NCBI GenBank assembly: GCA_964455535.1
Contig: CAYVWS010000001.1
Coordinates: 1-45,486, forward strand
Source of the DNA: an uncultured Ignavibacteriales bacterium
GTDB taxonomy: Bacteria > Zixibacteria > MSB-5A5 > GN15 > FEB-12
Length of the DNA stretch: 45,486 bases
Reading direction: 5' to 3'
Under the pieces are notes generated by a model. The model was not told the DNA's origin. It ran no database searches and worked only from the letters and a program-made list of their open reading frames with translations. Shown here piece by piece: positions 1-10,600 of the stretch. The translations under genes and the position numbers were made by a program. Every line of letters starts with the position of its first letter. Positions within the stretch are counted from its first letter, which is position 1.

Positions 1-203
1 GGGTTGGTGCCAATCACCGCGCCATGCGAGATTTTCACATTCTTGCCAAGCTGCGCGCCGGGAGCGAGCAAAACATTTGACGCGATCCGACAGCCGTCGC
101 CGACTATGACACTCTCTTCGACAATGGTATTCGGCCCTATGGAAACGTCGTTTCCAATCTGAGCTTTCGGCGATATGACCGCGCTGGCATGGATGGCGCT
201 CAT
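1..203 (-). CDS. lpxA: Acyl-ACP--UDP-N-acetylglucosamine O-acyltransferase, N-terminal part (gene runs off the window start)
   Basis: Reverse translation from ATG 203..201 gives [67 protein letters not shown], a hexapeptide-repeat LpxA-type N-terminus. ATGA overlap with the lpxC-fabZ stop at 200..202. Confidence 0.8.
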   Translation of the reverse strand, partial: MSAIHASAVISPKAQIGNDVSIGPNTIVEESVIVGDGCRIASNVLLAPGAQLGKNVKISHGAVIGTN

Positions 204-1591
204 CGGTCCACCACCATGGCCATGAAATCTGCGTTGGCGACCAGCGCGTCATCGACGAACGCTTCGCCGGTCATCTTGCACGTGTTGCGGCGAAACGCCT
301 GCATCTTGAGTTCAAACCGAAGCTGATCCCCCGGCAGAACCGGCCTGCGGAACTTGGCATTATCGATCGACATGAAATACACTACTTTCGTCTGCGGGTT
401 CTCGACAGCATTCAGAAGCAGAATGCCTCCCGCCTGCGCCATCGCTTCGAGTATCAGCACTCCCGGCATGATCGGATGATCGGGGAAATGTCCCTGAAAG
501 AACGGTTCGTTGATTGTGACATTCTTGATGACTGTCACGCTCTTGTCCGGTTCCAGATCGATGACCCGGTCGATCAGCAGGAAGGGATACCGATGCGGCA
601 TGATTTTGAGAATTGACTGAATATCGTAGAAGGCGTTCTTGCTCCCCGAAGGAAATCGCTGCGCCATCTTTTTCTTTTTGTACAGTTCGCGCATCCGTCG
701 GGCCAACGCCACATTGGCTTTGTGACCAGATCGGGCCGCCAAGACATGACCTTTGAACGGCGCACCGATCAACGCCAGATCGCCGAGCAAATCAAGTGTC
801 TTGTGTCGCACCGGCTCATTGTGAAACCGGAGCGGAATGTCGTTGATGATGCCCGTCTCGCCGACGAACGCATCGCCTTTGATATCGAGCGCACGGCGAA
901 TGCGGTCGACTTCGACCTGCCCCTGATCGGAATCATAGATGACGACCGCGTTATCCAAGCTTCCGCCGCGGATCAGACCGTGCGACTTGAGCATCTCGAC
1001 TTCGGACAGAAAACAAAACGTCCGCGCCGGCGCGAATTCTTCAACAAACTCCGAATCCAAATCCTGAAGCGTCGTGTATTGCGTGCCCAGCGACGGATTC
1101 TTGTAGTCGATCAGAAAAGTAATGCGAAGATCATCCGACGGCGTCACTACCAGATCGACGGCCCGATCGGGCTCGGCATACGACATCGGCGCATCAATTT
1201 CCAAAAAGAACTTGTCGACCGGCTGGTTTTCAATGCCGGCCTCCAGAATCCTGTCGACAAACGGACGCGCCGAGCCATCGCACACCGGCGGCTCGTTGTT
1301 GTCAAGCTCGACTTCGATATTGTCAATCTGCAACCCGGCAATCGCGGCCAGCACATGCTCAACCGTGTGAACTTTTGCCTCGCCCTGCTGAAGGGTCGTT
1401 CCGCGCGAGATATCGACAACATGGTCAATATCGGCCATCACACTCGGCGACCCCGGAAGATCGACCCGCGTGAACTTGATCCCGGAATCGGGCGCAGCCG
1501 GCTTAAACGTCAGATGACAGGCGTTTCCGGTATGTAACCCGATGCCTGACAAAGAGATCGACTTGGCGATGGTTCGTTGTTTGGAGAACAT
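200..1591 (-). CDS. lpxC-fabZ: Bifunctional UDP-3-O-acyl-GlcNAc deacetylase / 3-hydroxyacyl-ACP dehydratase (LpxC-FabZ fusion)
   Basis: The N-terminus ([22 protein letters not shown]...HTVEHVLAA) is LpxC-like. The C-terminal ~150 aa ([13 protein letters not shown]...[26 protein letters not shown]) is FabZ-like. ATG preceded by AAGGAA. Confidence 0.95.
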   Translation of the reverse strand: MFSKQRTIAKSISLSGIGLHTGNACHLTFKPAAPDSGIKFTRVDLPGSPSVMADIDHVVDISRGTTLQQGEAKVHTVEHVLAAIAGLQIDNIEVELDNNEPPVCDGSARPFVDRILEAGIENQPVDKFFLEIDAPMSYAEPDRAVDLVVTPSDDLRITFLIDYKNPSLGTQYTTLQDLDSEFVEEFAPARTFCFLSEVEMLKSHGLIRGGSLDNAVVIYDSDQGQVEVDRIRRALDIKGDAFVGETGIINDIPLRFHNEPVRHKTLDLLGDLALIGAPFKGHVLAARSGHKANVALARRMRELYKKKKMAQRFPSGSKNAFYDIQSILKIMPHRYPFLLIDRVIDLEPDKSVTVIKNVTINEPFFQGHFPDHPIMPGVLILEAMAQAGGILLLNAVENPQTKVVYFMSIDNAKFRRPVLPGDQLRFELKMQAFRRNTCKMTGEAFVDDALVANADFMAMVVDR

Positions 1592-1685
1592 TGTTCCTTA
1601 TGTCCGCTAAGTTGGCGGAGTATACGGACTTTCCCCAAACCGTTCAAGCTGTTTTTGCAGCTTGATAGATGTAAGCTTCGGCGTC

Positions 1686-1716
1686 GCAAACAAAAAGCCC
1701 GCCGTGTGGCGGGCTT
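1686..1716 (-). terminator. Rho-independent terminator downstream of rho
   Basis: On the minus strand: AAGCCCGCC-ACAC-GGCGGGCTT (9-bp stem, 1695..1716), followed by TTTTGTTTGC. Confidence 0.7.
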
Positions 1717-1739
1717 GAATTCAAATGACGTCGATGTTA

Positions 1740-3011
1740 CTAATCCTTCATCGACGCCAAAAACTTCTTGTTGTTCTTGGCCTTTTTCAGACGGTCGATC
1801 AAGAATTCCATCGCTTCGACCGGATTCATTTCAGAAAGGAACTTGCGCAGGATCCATACTTTCTGAAGCGTATCCTCCGGAATCAGCAACTCTTCTTTTC
1901 GCGTCGAGGAACGATTGATATCCATCGCGGGGAAGATTCGGCGATCAGCCAGACGGCGGTCAAGCACCAATTCCATGTTGCCGGTGCCTTTGAATTCTTC
2001 GAAAATGACTTCGTCCATTCGCGAACCGGTTTCGATCAGCGCCGTGGCAACGATAGAGAGCGAACCGCCCTCTTCAATATTACGCGCCGCGCCGAAGAAT
2101 CTTTTTGGTTTGTGCAGTGCATTGGAGTCAACACCACCGGAGAGAATCTTGCCCGAGTGCGGCACGACCGCGTTATGCGCGCGGGCCAAACGCGTGATCG
2201 AGTCGAGCAGAATGACCACGTCATGTTTGTGTTCAGTCAAACGCTTGGCTTTCTCGAGCACCATCTTGGCAACCTGCACATGGCGTTCGGCGGGCTCATC
2301 GAATGTCGACGACACTACTTCGCCCTTCACCGAGCGACGCATATCGGTCACTTCTTCGGGGCGTTCGTCGATCAGGAGCACTATCAGTTTGACTTCCGGA
2401 TGATTCGTGGTAATCGATTGGGCGATCTTCTGCAGAATAATCGTCTTACCGGCTTTCGGCGGCGAGGTAATCAGCGCTCGCTGCCCTTTGCCGATCGGAC
2501 ACATCAGATCGATCACACGCGTTGTCAGATCATCGGGATTGGACTCCAGCAGGAACGGCACATTCGGATAGAGCGGCGTCAGGTTATCGAAAAGCGTTTT
2601 GTGCTTGGCGACATCCGGATTTTCGTAGTTGACCGTTTCAATTTTCAAAAGCGCAAAGTATCGCTCGTTATCTTTGGGCGGGCGCACCTGACCGTTGATC
2701 GTGTCACCGGTGCGCAGATCGAAGCGCTTGATTTGCGACGGCGACACATAGATATCATCCGGTCCGGGCAAATAGTTGTAATCAGGAGAGCGGAGAAAAC
2801 CGTACCCCTCTTCCATGATTTCAAGCACTCCTTCGGCGAAGATCGCGCCGTTGGAGTTAGAGCGGCTCTCCATGATCTTGTAAATCAGTTCCTGTTTGCG
2901 AAGCCCCGATACACCGGGGATATCGAGATCCTCGGCCGTCTTCAAAAGCTCGGCTATTGTTTTCGTTTTCAGTTCAGCCAGTTCGACATTCTCAGCCATG
3001 ACAATACTCAC
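1740..3011 (-). CDS. rho: Transcription termination factor Rho
   Basis: The N-terminus ([20 protein letters not shown]), the Walker A region ([10 protein letters not shown]) and the overall length are typical of Rho. The ORF start at 3011 is GTG and overlaps the rsfS stop (GTGA). ATG at 2999 ([11 protein letters not shown]) is an alternative start. Confidence 0.95.
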   Translation of the reverse strand: MSIVMAENVELAELKTKTIAELLKTAEDLDIPGVSGLRKQELIYKIMESRSNSNGAIFAEGVLEIMEEGYGFLRSPDYNYLPGPDDIYVSPSQIKRFDLRTGDTINGQVRPPKDNERYFALLKIETVNYENPDVAKHKTLFDNLTPLYPNVPFLLESNPDDLTTRVIDLMCPIGKGQRALITSPPKAGKTIILQKIAQSITTNHPEVKLIVLLIDERPEEVTDMRRSVKGEVVSSTFDEPAERHVQVAKMVLEKAKRLTEHKHDVVILLDSITRLARAHNAVVPHSGKILSGGVDSNALHKPKRFFGAARNIEEGGSLSIVATALIETGSRMDEVIFEEFKGTGNMELVLDRRLADRRIFPAMDINRSSTRKEELLIPEDTLQKVWILRKFLSEMNPVEAMEFLIDRLKKAKNNKKFLASMKD

Positions 3012-3394
3012 CCTCTCTTACGGGCGCCGCGACGAACCGGCTCTTCATCGAGCAGCTCAACCGGGGCATCTCCCCACAATTTTTCAAGCGCATAAAAGCG
3101 CCGCGTTGGTTCATAAAATACGTGCACTACAATATCAGTATAGTCCAACAGGACCCAATTCCCTTGTCTGACGCCCTCGGTAATAACCGGCTTATGCCCT
3201 TCGAGCCGCAGACCATCTTCAATCCCCTCGGCAATGGCCCGTACATGCACATTTGCGGTTCCGGATACAATCACAAAGTAATCGCACACGGAGGAGATCG
3301 ATTTCAATTTCAGGATCTTGACGTCAAACCCTTTTTTGTCCAGGGCGAGTCTTCCGGCGAGGCGGGCGCGGGACAGTGCGGACTGCGTTCTCAA
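3008..3394 (-). CDS. rsfS: Ribosome silencing factor RsfS (iojap family)
   Basis: [42 protein letters not shown]...[14 protein letters not shown] matches the RsfS pattern. TTG start overlaps the upstream gene stop (TTGA). Confidence 0.9.
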   Translation of the reverse strand: MRTQSALSRARLAGRLALDKKGFDVKILKLKSISSVCDYFVIVSGTANVHVRAIAEGIEDGLRLEGHKPVITEGVRQGNWVLLDYTDIVVHVFYEPTRRFYALEKLWGDAPVELLDEEPVRRGARKRG

Positions 3395-3927
3395 GTTTTC
3401 CCTTGCAGCTCCTTCTCGGTAGCCGATGACAACGACAAGCGTCGATAGTCGTCACCCAGCACCAGGGTTAATGAAACATTTTTGCTGTTATGTTCAAGCG
3501 GCAGGTAGGTCACCTGACCTTCCGAAAGTCCGATTCGTCTGGCAACGGCGTCGGCGGCCGCACGGTTGACATCGCGAGCCACCAGAAATGAATGCTGCAC
3601 CTTGCGCGCGCTGAACCTGGTGGTGTCCACCACCGCAAAGCTCAAACGGGCATCGGCCGACTTGTTGAGTAGTCCTGTTACCACCTTGTTAAGCGTCGGG
3701 TCGGTGGTCGCATTCACGATCTGAAGTCTCACCGTCGCTTCCGGACCGGCCAGTGAGCGCGAGACAGAGCGCGTCGTGCCGATACCGAACCAGCCGATAT
3801 AGCCGAGCCCGGCAACCAGCAGGGTCAAACAGGCGGCGTCGAAAATAATACGTCCAACGCGAGGTCGTTTCGAATCGGCCTTGAGTTGAGATAAGTCAGT
3901 GTGTGAGTCGTTGTGAGAATCGATCAT
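3391..3927 (-). CDS. Membrane-anchored protein with a LytR_C-like C-terminal domain
   Basis: One N-terminal TM segment (IIFDAACLTLLVAGLGYIGWFGI), then VRLQIVNATTDPTLNKVVTGLL...VARRIGLSEGQVTYLP, which resembles the LytR/CpsA/Psr C-terminal domain. Recognised by eye only. Confidence 0.6.
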   Translation of the reverse strand: MIDSHNDSHTDLSQLKADSKRPRVGRIIFDAACLTLLVAGLGYIGWFGIGTTRSVSRSLAGPEATVRLQIVNATTDPTLNKVVTGLLNKSADARLSFAVVDTTRFSARKVQHSFLVARDVNRAAADAVARRIGLSEGQVTYLPLEHNSKNVSLTLVLGDDYRRLSLSSATEKELQGKT

Positions 3928-3963
3928 TCGTAAACGAGGGTAGGAATCGGCGGCGGAATTAGA

Positions 3964-4440
3964 TCATTCCGGACCGAACAGGTTTGCAGGATTGCGTACT
4001 CCTCTATATGACGATGGCCAATCCAGGCCGTTGATTGTCTGAAAGCTTACTGACATAGAGACATTCTTGCTCGGGCGATAATCCAGCCAGAAGCTCGGCA
4101 ACAAGTTCACACCCTGCCCGGGGGTTGTCAGATTGCCGCTGATCCCGTGAGCCACACCCAGGTCAACCATCAGATTGAGCTTGGACGAAAACGGATACAT
4201 CATGCTCGTGTGGAGCATCCCCATCGAGCCGCTGTACGCTCCGCCGGACAGGTACGAAACCGAATAGCTATTCGACCAACGAATCTTCGAAAGATCGACC
4301 AGACTAAAAAGCGCTTTGCTTGTCTTCATGCCGACCGGGTTCATCGAGGAAACGTCCTGTAGGGTCGCACGATCCACATGCTGGGCCGATACCGAAACGC
4401 CCAACAGCAGAGTCGCCAGCGAGATGATGATCTTTTTCAT
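3964..4440 (-). CDS. Secreted hypothetical protein (beta-rich, possibly a small outer-membrane protein)
   Basis: Clear signal peptide MKKIIISLATLLLGVSVSAQ. The rest is rich in alternating S/G/aromatic residues. No family recognised. Confidence 0.55.
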   Translation of the reverse strand: MKKIIISLATLLLGVSVSAQHVDRATLQDVSSMNPVGMKTSKALFSLVDLSKIRWSNSYSVSYLSGGAYSGSMGMLHTSMMYPFSSKLNLMVDLGVAHGISGNLTTPGQGVNLLPSFWLDYRPSKNVSMSVSFQTINGLDWPSSYRGVRNPANLFGPE

Positions 4441-4591
4441 ATTGGAATTCCGCTTTCTGTACGCTCAGTAAACCACCGAATGCTCTATTCGTCAACCAAA
4501 ATCGGATATTGTTTCCGATCAATCGGGCCAACCGATTTTCCTTCCGCGTCTTATACGACGCTCAATACACTTCTATATCAAACAATATCGG

Positions 4592-5332
4592 CTATTTCTT
4601 GGCGAATTTGGATTCAAGCACAGCAAGGTCGTCAGTCGAGTTTACCCCCAGCACCTCATCGGGACGCTCCGCCTTGACGACCGATACTCGCAAGCCCTTG
4701 CGATTAAATATCTTAACCACATCGGTCAAGTAGTATTCTTTCTGCGCGTTGTCGTTACCGAGCGTATCGATGACTTCGAACAACTTTTGGTTATTGAAGC
4801 AAAACGTTCCGGAATTGACTTCGGCGATTTGCCTAATGTCTTCGCTGGCGTCCTTGTGTTCTATGATATCCAAAAGTTGATCGGGCTGGACGCCTCGGAC
4901 AATTCGCCCGTAACCGGTCGGATCGGGAAAAACAGCCGAAAGGCAGGTTCCTGCCGCGCCGGTGTGCCGATGAACATCGAACAAGTGATTGATCGATTCG
5001 AGAGATAGAAGCGGCACATCGCCGGCCACAACCAAAGTCGTACCGTTGAAATCCGCCATAGCATCACGTGCCATCATTACGGCATGGCCGGTTCCGAGCT
5101 GCTCGCGCTGCCACGCGAATTGAGCCGGATAGTCTGAGAGTGCGGCTTGAACTTGTTCTCCCTTGTGGCCAATGACCACAACTGTTCGGGCCGGCTTCAA
5201 CTGCGCCAGCGTGTCCAAGAGAATTTTGATCATCGGACGGCCGCAGACCGGGTGGAGAACTTTGGGTAAGTCGGACTTCATCCGCTTGCCTTTGCCGGCT
5301 GCGAGTATGATGACTGCAATTTGCGAATCCAA
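4592..5332 (-). CDS. GlmU-like sugar-1-phosphate nucleotidyltransferase (uridyltransferase domain only)
   Basis: AVIILAAGKGKRMKSDLPKVLHPVCGRPM and QLGTGHAV are GlmU N-terminal signatures. The ORF ends at 246 aa, before any hexapeptide acetyltransferase domain. TTG start. Confidence 0.8.
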   Translation of the reverse strand: MDSQIAVIILAAGKGKRMKSDLPKVLHPVCGRPMIKILLDTLAQLKPARTVVVIGHKGEQVQAALSDYPAQFAWQREQLGTGHAVMMARDAMADFNGTTLVVAGDVPLLSLESINHLFDVHRHTGAAGTCLSAVFPDPTGYGRIVRGVQPDQLLDIIEHKDASEDIRQIAEVNSGTFCFNNQKLFEVIDTLGNDNAQKEYYLTDVVKIFNRKGLRVSVVKAERPDEVLGVNSTDDLAVLESKFAKK

Positions 5333-5371
5333 AGTGGTGGGAAACTTTCTACAGGTGTAGCTGCGGGTTGT

Positions 5372-5722
5372 CTATTTGATCGGTCGGTTTTTGGGGTCAA
5401 CTTGCACAACGATTGGTTTGAACGACTCCGCCTCGGTGCGGTCAATCTGAGCATAGGCAATGATAATAACCAAATCGCCAATCGCGGCTTTGCGCGCCGC
5501 CGCGCCGTTGATGACTATTTCGCCTGAACCCGGCTTGCCGGGAATGACATAGGTCTCAAACCGCTCGCCATTGTTGATATTTGCCACGGCTACCTGTTCA
5601 TGCGGAACCAAATCTGCCAGCTTCATCAGCTCGGAATCGATGGTTATCGATCCCTCATAGTTGAGATTGGCGTCAGTGACAGTGGCGCGGTGGATCTTTG
5701 ATCTAAAAACAGTAATCTTCAT
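5372..5722 (-). CDS. panD: Aspartate 1-decarboxylase
   Basis: [29 protein letters not shown] carries the Gly24-Ser25 self-processing site. Length of 116 aa is typical. Confidence 0.95.
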   Translation of the reverse strand: MKITVFRSKIHRATVTDANLNYEGSITIDSELMKLADLVPHEQVAVANINNGERFETYVIPGKPGSGEIVINGAAARKAAIGDLVIIIAYAQIDRTEAESFKPIVVQVDPKNRPIK

Positions 5723-6235
5723 ACGTACAGCATTTCAACACTAAATGGTGCCGGAAGCTCCCCGAATATAGGGGCAAATCGCCGATCCGCAACCCCGACC
5801 GCCGTCCCGCTTGTAACATATTGAACTGTAGCTATATACAAAGAATTGACACTGCGATCATTTGCCGGAATTTTGAACGACAAGCCAAGGCGTGCCGCTT
5901 GTGAACCATTCGTCATGCAGCGTGCGGCCTCCAGCGGCAAGGGGCGTGACAAATCAATTCTATAGTTCTGTGCCTATCCGTCATTGCATCCCTCCTTTGC
6001 CATTTCCTTTCCGGTTGCTACTTTCGCGATCGCTGTCATTCCTGCCCACTGTGCCATTCCCGCCCCCATTGATATTCCCGCGCAGGCGGGAATCCAGTCT
6101 TCGATTTGTCGCGCCCCCTTTCAAAGTCGTAGCCATTCCCGTTTTTAGATTCCCCCTTCCCCTTCTATTCGCCAAATTCACAAATTGAGAAAAAATGGGA
6201 CCACTGGTCCCGTCACGACAGTACAAAGGACGCAA

Positions 6236-7498
6236 ATGGACAAATTCGTAGTTGCCGGTCCGGCCAAAATCCGGGGCAAGATCAAATCCGACGGTTCCAA
6301 GAATGCCGCCCTGCCCATCATCGCCGGCGCTCTCTTGATTGATAGGGGCGAGACCGTTCTTCGCAACATTCCCCAGCTTCGCGATATCGACACGATCGTC
6401 AAAATGCTCGAATATGTCGGGGCGAAAGTGAAGTACGATCCCAAGTCCGAAACCATGGCGATCAAGGCGGAGGGCGTTCGCGAAAATACGGCTCCTTACG
6501 ATCTGATGCGCCAAATGCGGGCGTCGTTTCTCGTTCTCGGCCCATTACTTGTCCGTATGGGTGAAGCCCGCATTTCGCTGCCGGGCGGCTGCTCGCTGGG
6601 TGCCCGACCGGTTGATTATCATATCAAGGCCTTTGCGGCTATGGGCGCCACCGTCACCGAAGAAAGCGGCTACGTCATCGCCAAAGCCAAGAAACTAACC
6701 GGCGGAACGATCTACTTCGACAAACCGTCCCACACCGGAACCGAAAATATTCTCTATGGCGCCGTGATGGCCAAGAAACCGACAGTGATCACCAACGCTG
6801 CCTGTGATCCCGAAATTGTCGACGTCGCCAATTTTCTGAAAAAAGCCGGCGCCAAAATTCACGGTGTCGGCACGCCTAATATTGTCGTTGAACCGGTGAA
6901 GCGTCTGCGGCCGGTAGAACACACTGTATCCGGCGACCGTCTCGTCGCGGGGACATACCTCTTCGCTGCCGCCCTGACTGGTGGAGCCGTCGAGGTCACC
7001 GGCGTCGTGCCGTCGGACCTGACGATGGTCCTGCACAAGCTCAGAGAAATGGGTTGCGAGATTTCTACGCGCAAATCGGCAATTGTCCTCAAAGCGCCCA
7101 AGCGGCTAAGCTCCGTGCAAGTGACAACTTTCCCATTCCCCGGCTTTCCGACCGACCTTCAGGCCTGTATTATGGCCGCCGCCTGCGTGGCCTCGGGAAC
7201 TTCTCATATCAAAGAGACTGTTTTTAATGATAGGTTCTCCCATTCGATGGAACTTCGCCGCCTGGGCGCCGAAGTAACCATCGCCGCCGACGAGGCGGTC
7301 ATCACCGGTGTAGAACACTTGGATGGCGCTTCGGTGATGGCACCGGACATACGCGCCGGCGCCGGATTGGTTCTGGCCTGCTTGGCGGGCCGAGGACGAT
7401 CGGAGATATTACGAGTCTATCATGTCGACCGAGGATATTATCGCCTTGAGGAAAAGTTGGCCTCCCTTGGAGCCGATATTACAAGAGAGAAAGATTAA
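6236..7498 (+). CDS. murA: UDP-N-acetylglucosamine 1-carboxyvinyltransferase
   Basis: MDKFVVAGPAKIRGKIKSDGSKNAALPIIAGALL and the active-site loop LPGGCSLGARPVD (Cys type). I place the start at ATG 6236 (AGGA 7 nt upstream), not at the TTG at 6185 used by the ORF track. Confidence 0.95.
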   Translation: MDKFVVAGPAKIRGKIKSDGSKNAALPIIAGALLIDRGETVLRNIPQLRDIDTIVKMLEYVGAKVKYDPKSETMAIKAEGVRENTAPYDLMRQMRASFLVLGPLLVRMGEARISLPGGCSLGARPVDYHIKAFAAMGATVTEESGYVIAKAKKLTGGTIYFDKPSHTGTENILYGAVMAKKPTVITNAACDPEIVDVANFLKKAGAKIHGVGTPNIVVEPVKRLRPVEHTVSGDRLVAGTYLFAAALTGGAVEVTGVVPSDLTMVLHKLREMGCEISTRKSAIVLKAPKRLSSVQVTTFPFPGFPTDLQACIMAAACVASGTSHIKETVFNDRFSHSMELRRLGAEVTIAADEAVITGVEHLDGASVMAPDIRAGAGLVLACLAGRGRSEILRVYHVDRGYYRLEEKLASLGADITREKD

Positions 7499-7617
7499 TC
7501 CGACCGACACCCGAAATTGTCTATTGGTCGGGTCGACAATTACTATAGCCCGATTCACCCGAACGGCTGAACGGAGTACAGCCCTGTTTCGTCCAGTTAG
7601 GAAAAAGGAACTAACTC

Positions 7618-10600
7618 GTGAAAAAAATCGTAGCTCTGTCAGTACTACTGGTCGTGTGCGCCGCCACGCTTCTGCCGGCCCAAGAGCGTGCCTTCGGCAA
7701 GAACAAGGTCACCTACAAGAAATTCGACTGGAAGTTCATTCAGACCCGGCACTTCGATATCTACTACTACGAAGATGCCTACTCGACCGCCAAGTTCGCT
7801 GCCGATGTCATGGAAGACGCCTACGTCGAAATCAGCCGCGAACTGGAATACAAGCTCCAGCGACGAGTTCCGGTGTTCGTCTATAACTCACAAAACGATT
7901 TCCAGCAGACTAACATTACCCCTGAATTGTTGCCCGAAGGTGTCGGCGGATTTACCGAGGCCTTCAAGAACCGCATTGTCATTCCCTTTACCGGCTCGTA
8001 TGAGGAGTTCCGCCATGTGCTGCACCACGAGCTGACACACGCCGTTGTCTACGATATTCTCTTCGGCAACTCGTTTGCCTCTTTACTTTCGCGCAATCGG
8101 CTTTTCGATCTGCCGCTCTGGTATGCCGAAGGGTATGCCGAATTTTCATCGCGTCATGGATGGGACTACTGGTCGGACATGTTCATCCGCGATGCGACCA
8201 TCAATAATTATATGGCCCCGCCCGACTATCTGGGCGGCTTCCTGGCCTACAAGCAGGGCCAGGCGATGATCAAGTACATCGTCGACAAGTACGGCGAAGC
8301 CAAGCTCGGCGAGATTCTGCAGAAAGGCAAAGTTCAGCTCTCGCTGAGCCGGGCTATGAAATCAGCGATCGGCGTCGACGAAAAAGAATTCTATGAAGAA
8401 TTTTCCAAAGAAATGAAACGGCGCTACTGGCCGGAAATTTCGGAGCGCAAGGAAGCGCCGGAGATCGGCAAGCAGTTGACCCACGCCCGCAAGGACGGTT
8501 CCTATTTCAACGAGCGACCGGCCTATTCTCCCGAGGGGGACAAAGTCGCGATCTTCTCCGATCGCCACGACTACGACGAAATTATTCTGTTGTCGGCAAC
8601 AACCGGCGAAGAGTTGGCGCGCGTCGTCAAGGCCCAGCGCTCAGGCGATCTTGAGTCACTGCACTCGTATTTCAGCGGAATGTCGTTCTCGGCCGACGGC
8701 AAACAAATCGCCTTCGTGGCCAAAACCAAAGGCAAAGACGCGATCTATCTTGCCGATGTGCGCCGCAAGAAAATCGTGAAGCGGATCATGCTGGACTTCC
8801 ACAACGTCCTCTCACCCAACTTTGCCCCCGACGGTGATCACATCGTCTTCTCGGCATTGGCCCAAGACAAACGCGACCTGTATTTGTATTCGGTCTCCGG
8901 CAACAACTTCAAAAAGTTGACCAACGACCGCTATGACGATGTCGAACCGAGCTGGACGCCGGACTCCAAGTCGATCATCTTCTCGTCCGACCGGCCGTCA
9001 CCGACAACTTCAAAAATCACCAATCTGGGTCAGGCCGCCACCGACTCCGCGATTCAAACCCCGGGCGGTTTCAGCTATGGCGTCTACAATATTTTCAAGC
9101 TCGACGTTGCCACCACCGAAGTGACACCCGTTGATGTCGGCTCCGGTTCCAACCGTTCCCCGGTTGTGTCACCCAACGGCAAGATGATCGCATTCGTCTC
9201 CAACCGAAACGGGATTGAGAATATTTATCTGGGATATCTGGATTCGGTCAAGTTTTACGCGGTGACCGACGTATTGACCGGAGTGCGGGACTTGTCGTGG
9301 TCGCCCGACGGACAAAAGCTTGCCTTCTCCGCTTTCTTCAACGGCGGCTTTGACGTATTCGTCATGAAAGACTTTGTCCCGGCCGGTGAGAACGGTGTCT
9401 TAAAACCGACCGATTTCATGATGGGCAAGTACAATCATCCTTTCAAGAAATCAGTCACGAAAGACGCCCTCGCCAAGCACGATTCAACCTCGGCGTCACC
9501 TGCTGATTCCGCCGGCGATTCGACCATTCTCGCCGCAGCCGATTCAACCGCCAATCCCGACACGACCGCGAAAAAGGACTCGGTCATTACTCAGACAGGC
9601 ATTCACGGCGATGATTTTGTCTATGTCAGCGGCCATGCACCTGATCCGATGGACACACTCCTCAAACCGGTACCCGGCGATTCCGCCGCAGCGCGCCCGA
9701 CCATGAAAGAGCCGGCATCTTTTGATTCGATTCCCCCGCCCTCGGAATCGGGCGAATACGCCGTTCACAAATACAAAGTGAAATTCACGCCTGACTATGT
9801 CGGCGGTGGCTTTGCCTACGACACTTTCTTCGGTGTGCGTGGTCAGTCGGTCTTCGTCTTTTCGGATTATCTGGGCAATCATCAGATTCTGATCGCGGCT
9901 GATCTGGTCAGCACGATCGACCAATCGTATGTCCAGGCATTTTATGTCAACAACGCTTCCCGGAATAACTTCGGTGTTGGACTCTTCCATACCAAGAACT
10001 ACTACGAAGACTCCAACAACTTCCTGTTTTCCGACCGGTACTACGGTCTGGCCGCATTCGCCGCCCATCCATTTTCGATTTTCAGCCGGATCGACGGCTC
10101 GGTGTCGCAGGTCTTTATCGACCGCAAATACTATGACGCGCTCGACCCGCACTACACTCATGACCGAAGCGTGAAAGTTTCTTATGGCGCCTTGTCATAT
10201 GTGTTCGATAACGTTTTATGGGGATATACCGGGCCGGTCAACGGACGTCGCTATGCGCTGACTGTCGACGCCGGCAAGGACCTTTTCACGTCGAATTCGA
10301 TGAGCTTCTACTCATTCGGTCTGGACTACCGCAAGTATTGGAATATCAGCAAAGTGGCATCGTTCGCCTTCCGCGCCTCCGGCGGAGCGTCATTCGGCCG
10401 CACCCCGAAGACATACTTCCTGGGCGGTGTTCAGAACTGGATCGGTTCGCGAGACCTCGATTCCCCGGTGTATGAAGTCGAAAATCTCTACTTCGCCGAT
10501 GTCGTCACCCCGATGCGCGGTCTGCCTATTTATGGGCTGGCCGGAGACCGCTATACCGCCTTCAACGCCGAACTTCGCTTCCCGCTTGTTCAGGTGCTGG

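Noticed and set aside
1725-3095. 456-aa plus-strand ORF spanning the whole of rho on the opposite strand.
   Set aside because: It is a shadow ORF. It exactly mirrors a confidently identified gene, has Arg/His/Phe-rich non-protein-like composition, and shows no recognisable motif. The same applies to 722..1537, 21852..22622, 24550..25185, 26882..27625, 34130..34774, 37205..37876, 38302..39027, 40445..41569, 9544..10161 and 42504..43058.
5892-6514. Pro-rich 98-aa plus ORF and Gly/Asn/Arg-rich tail of a 177-aa minus ORF in the panD-murA gap.
   Set aside because: The low-complexity translations are generated by the CCATTCC-type DNA repeat. The minus ORF otherwise lies antisense to murA.
7499-7617. 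Hairpins after murA (CCGACC..GGTCGG; GGCTG-N9-CAGCC followed by CTGTTTCGT), considered as a terminator.
   Set aside because: The stems are short, the loops are long and there is no proper T-run. This is too weak to call; murA and the 1084-aa gene may be co-transcribed.
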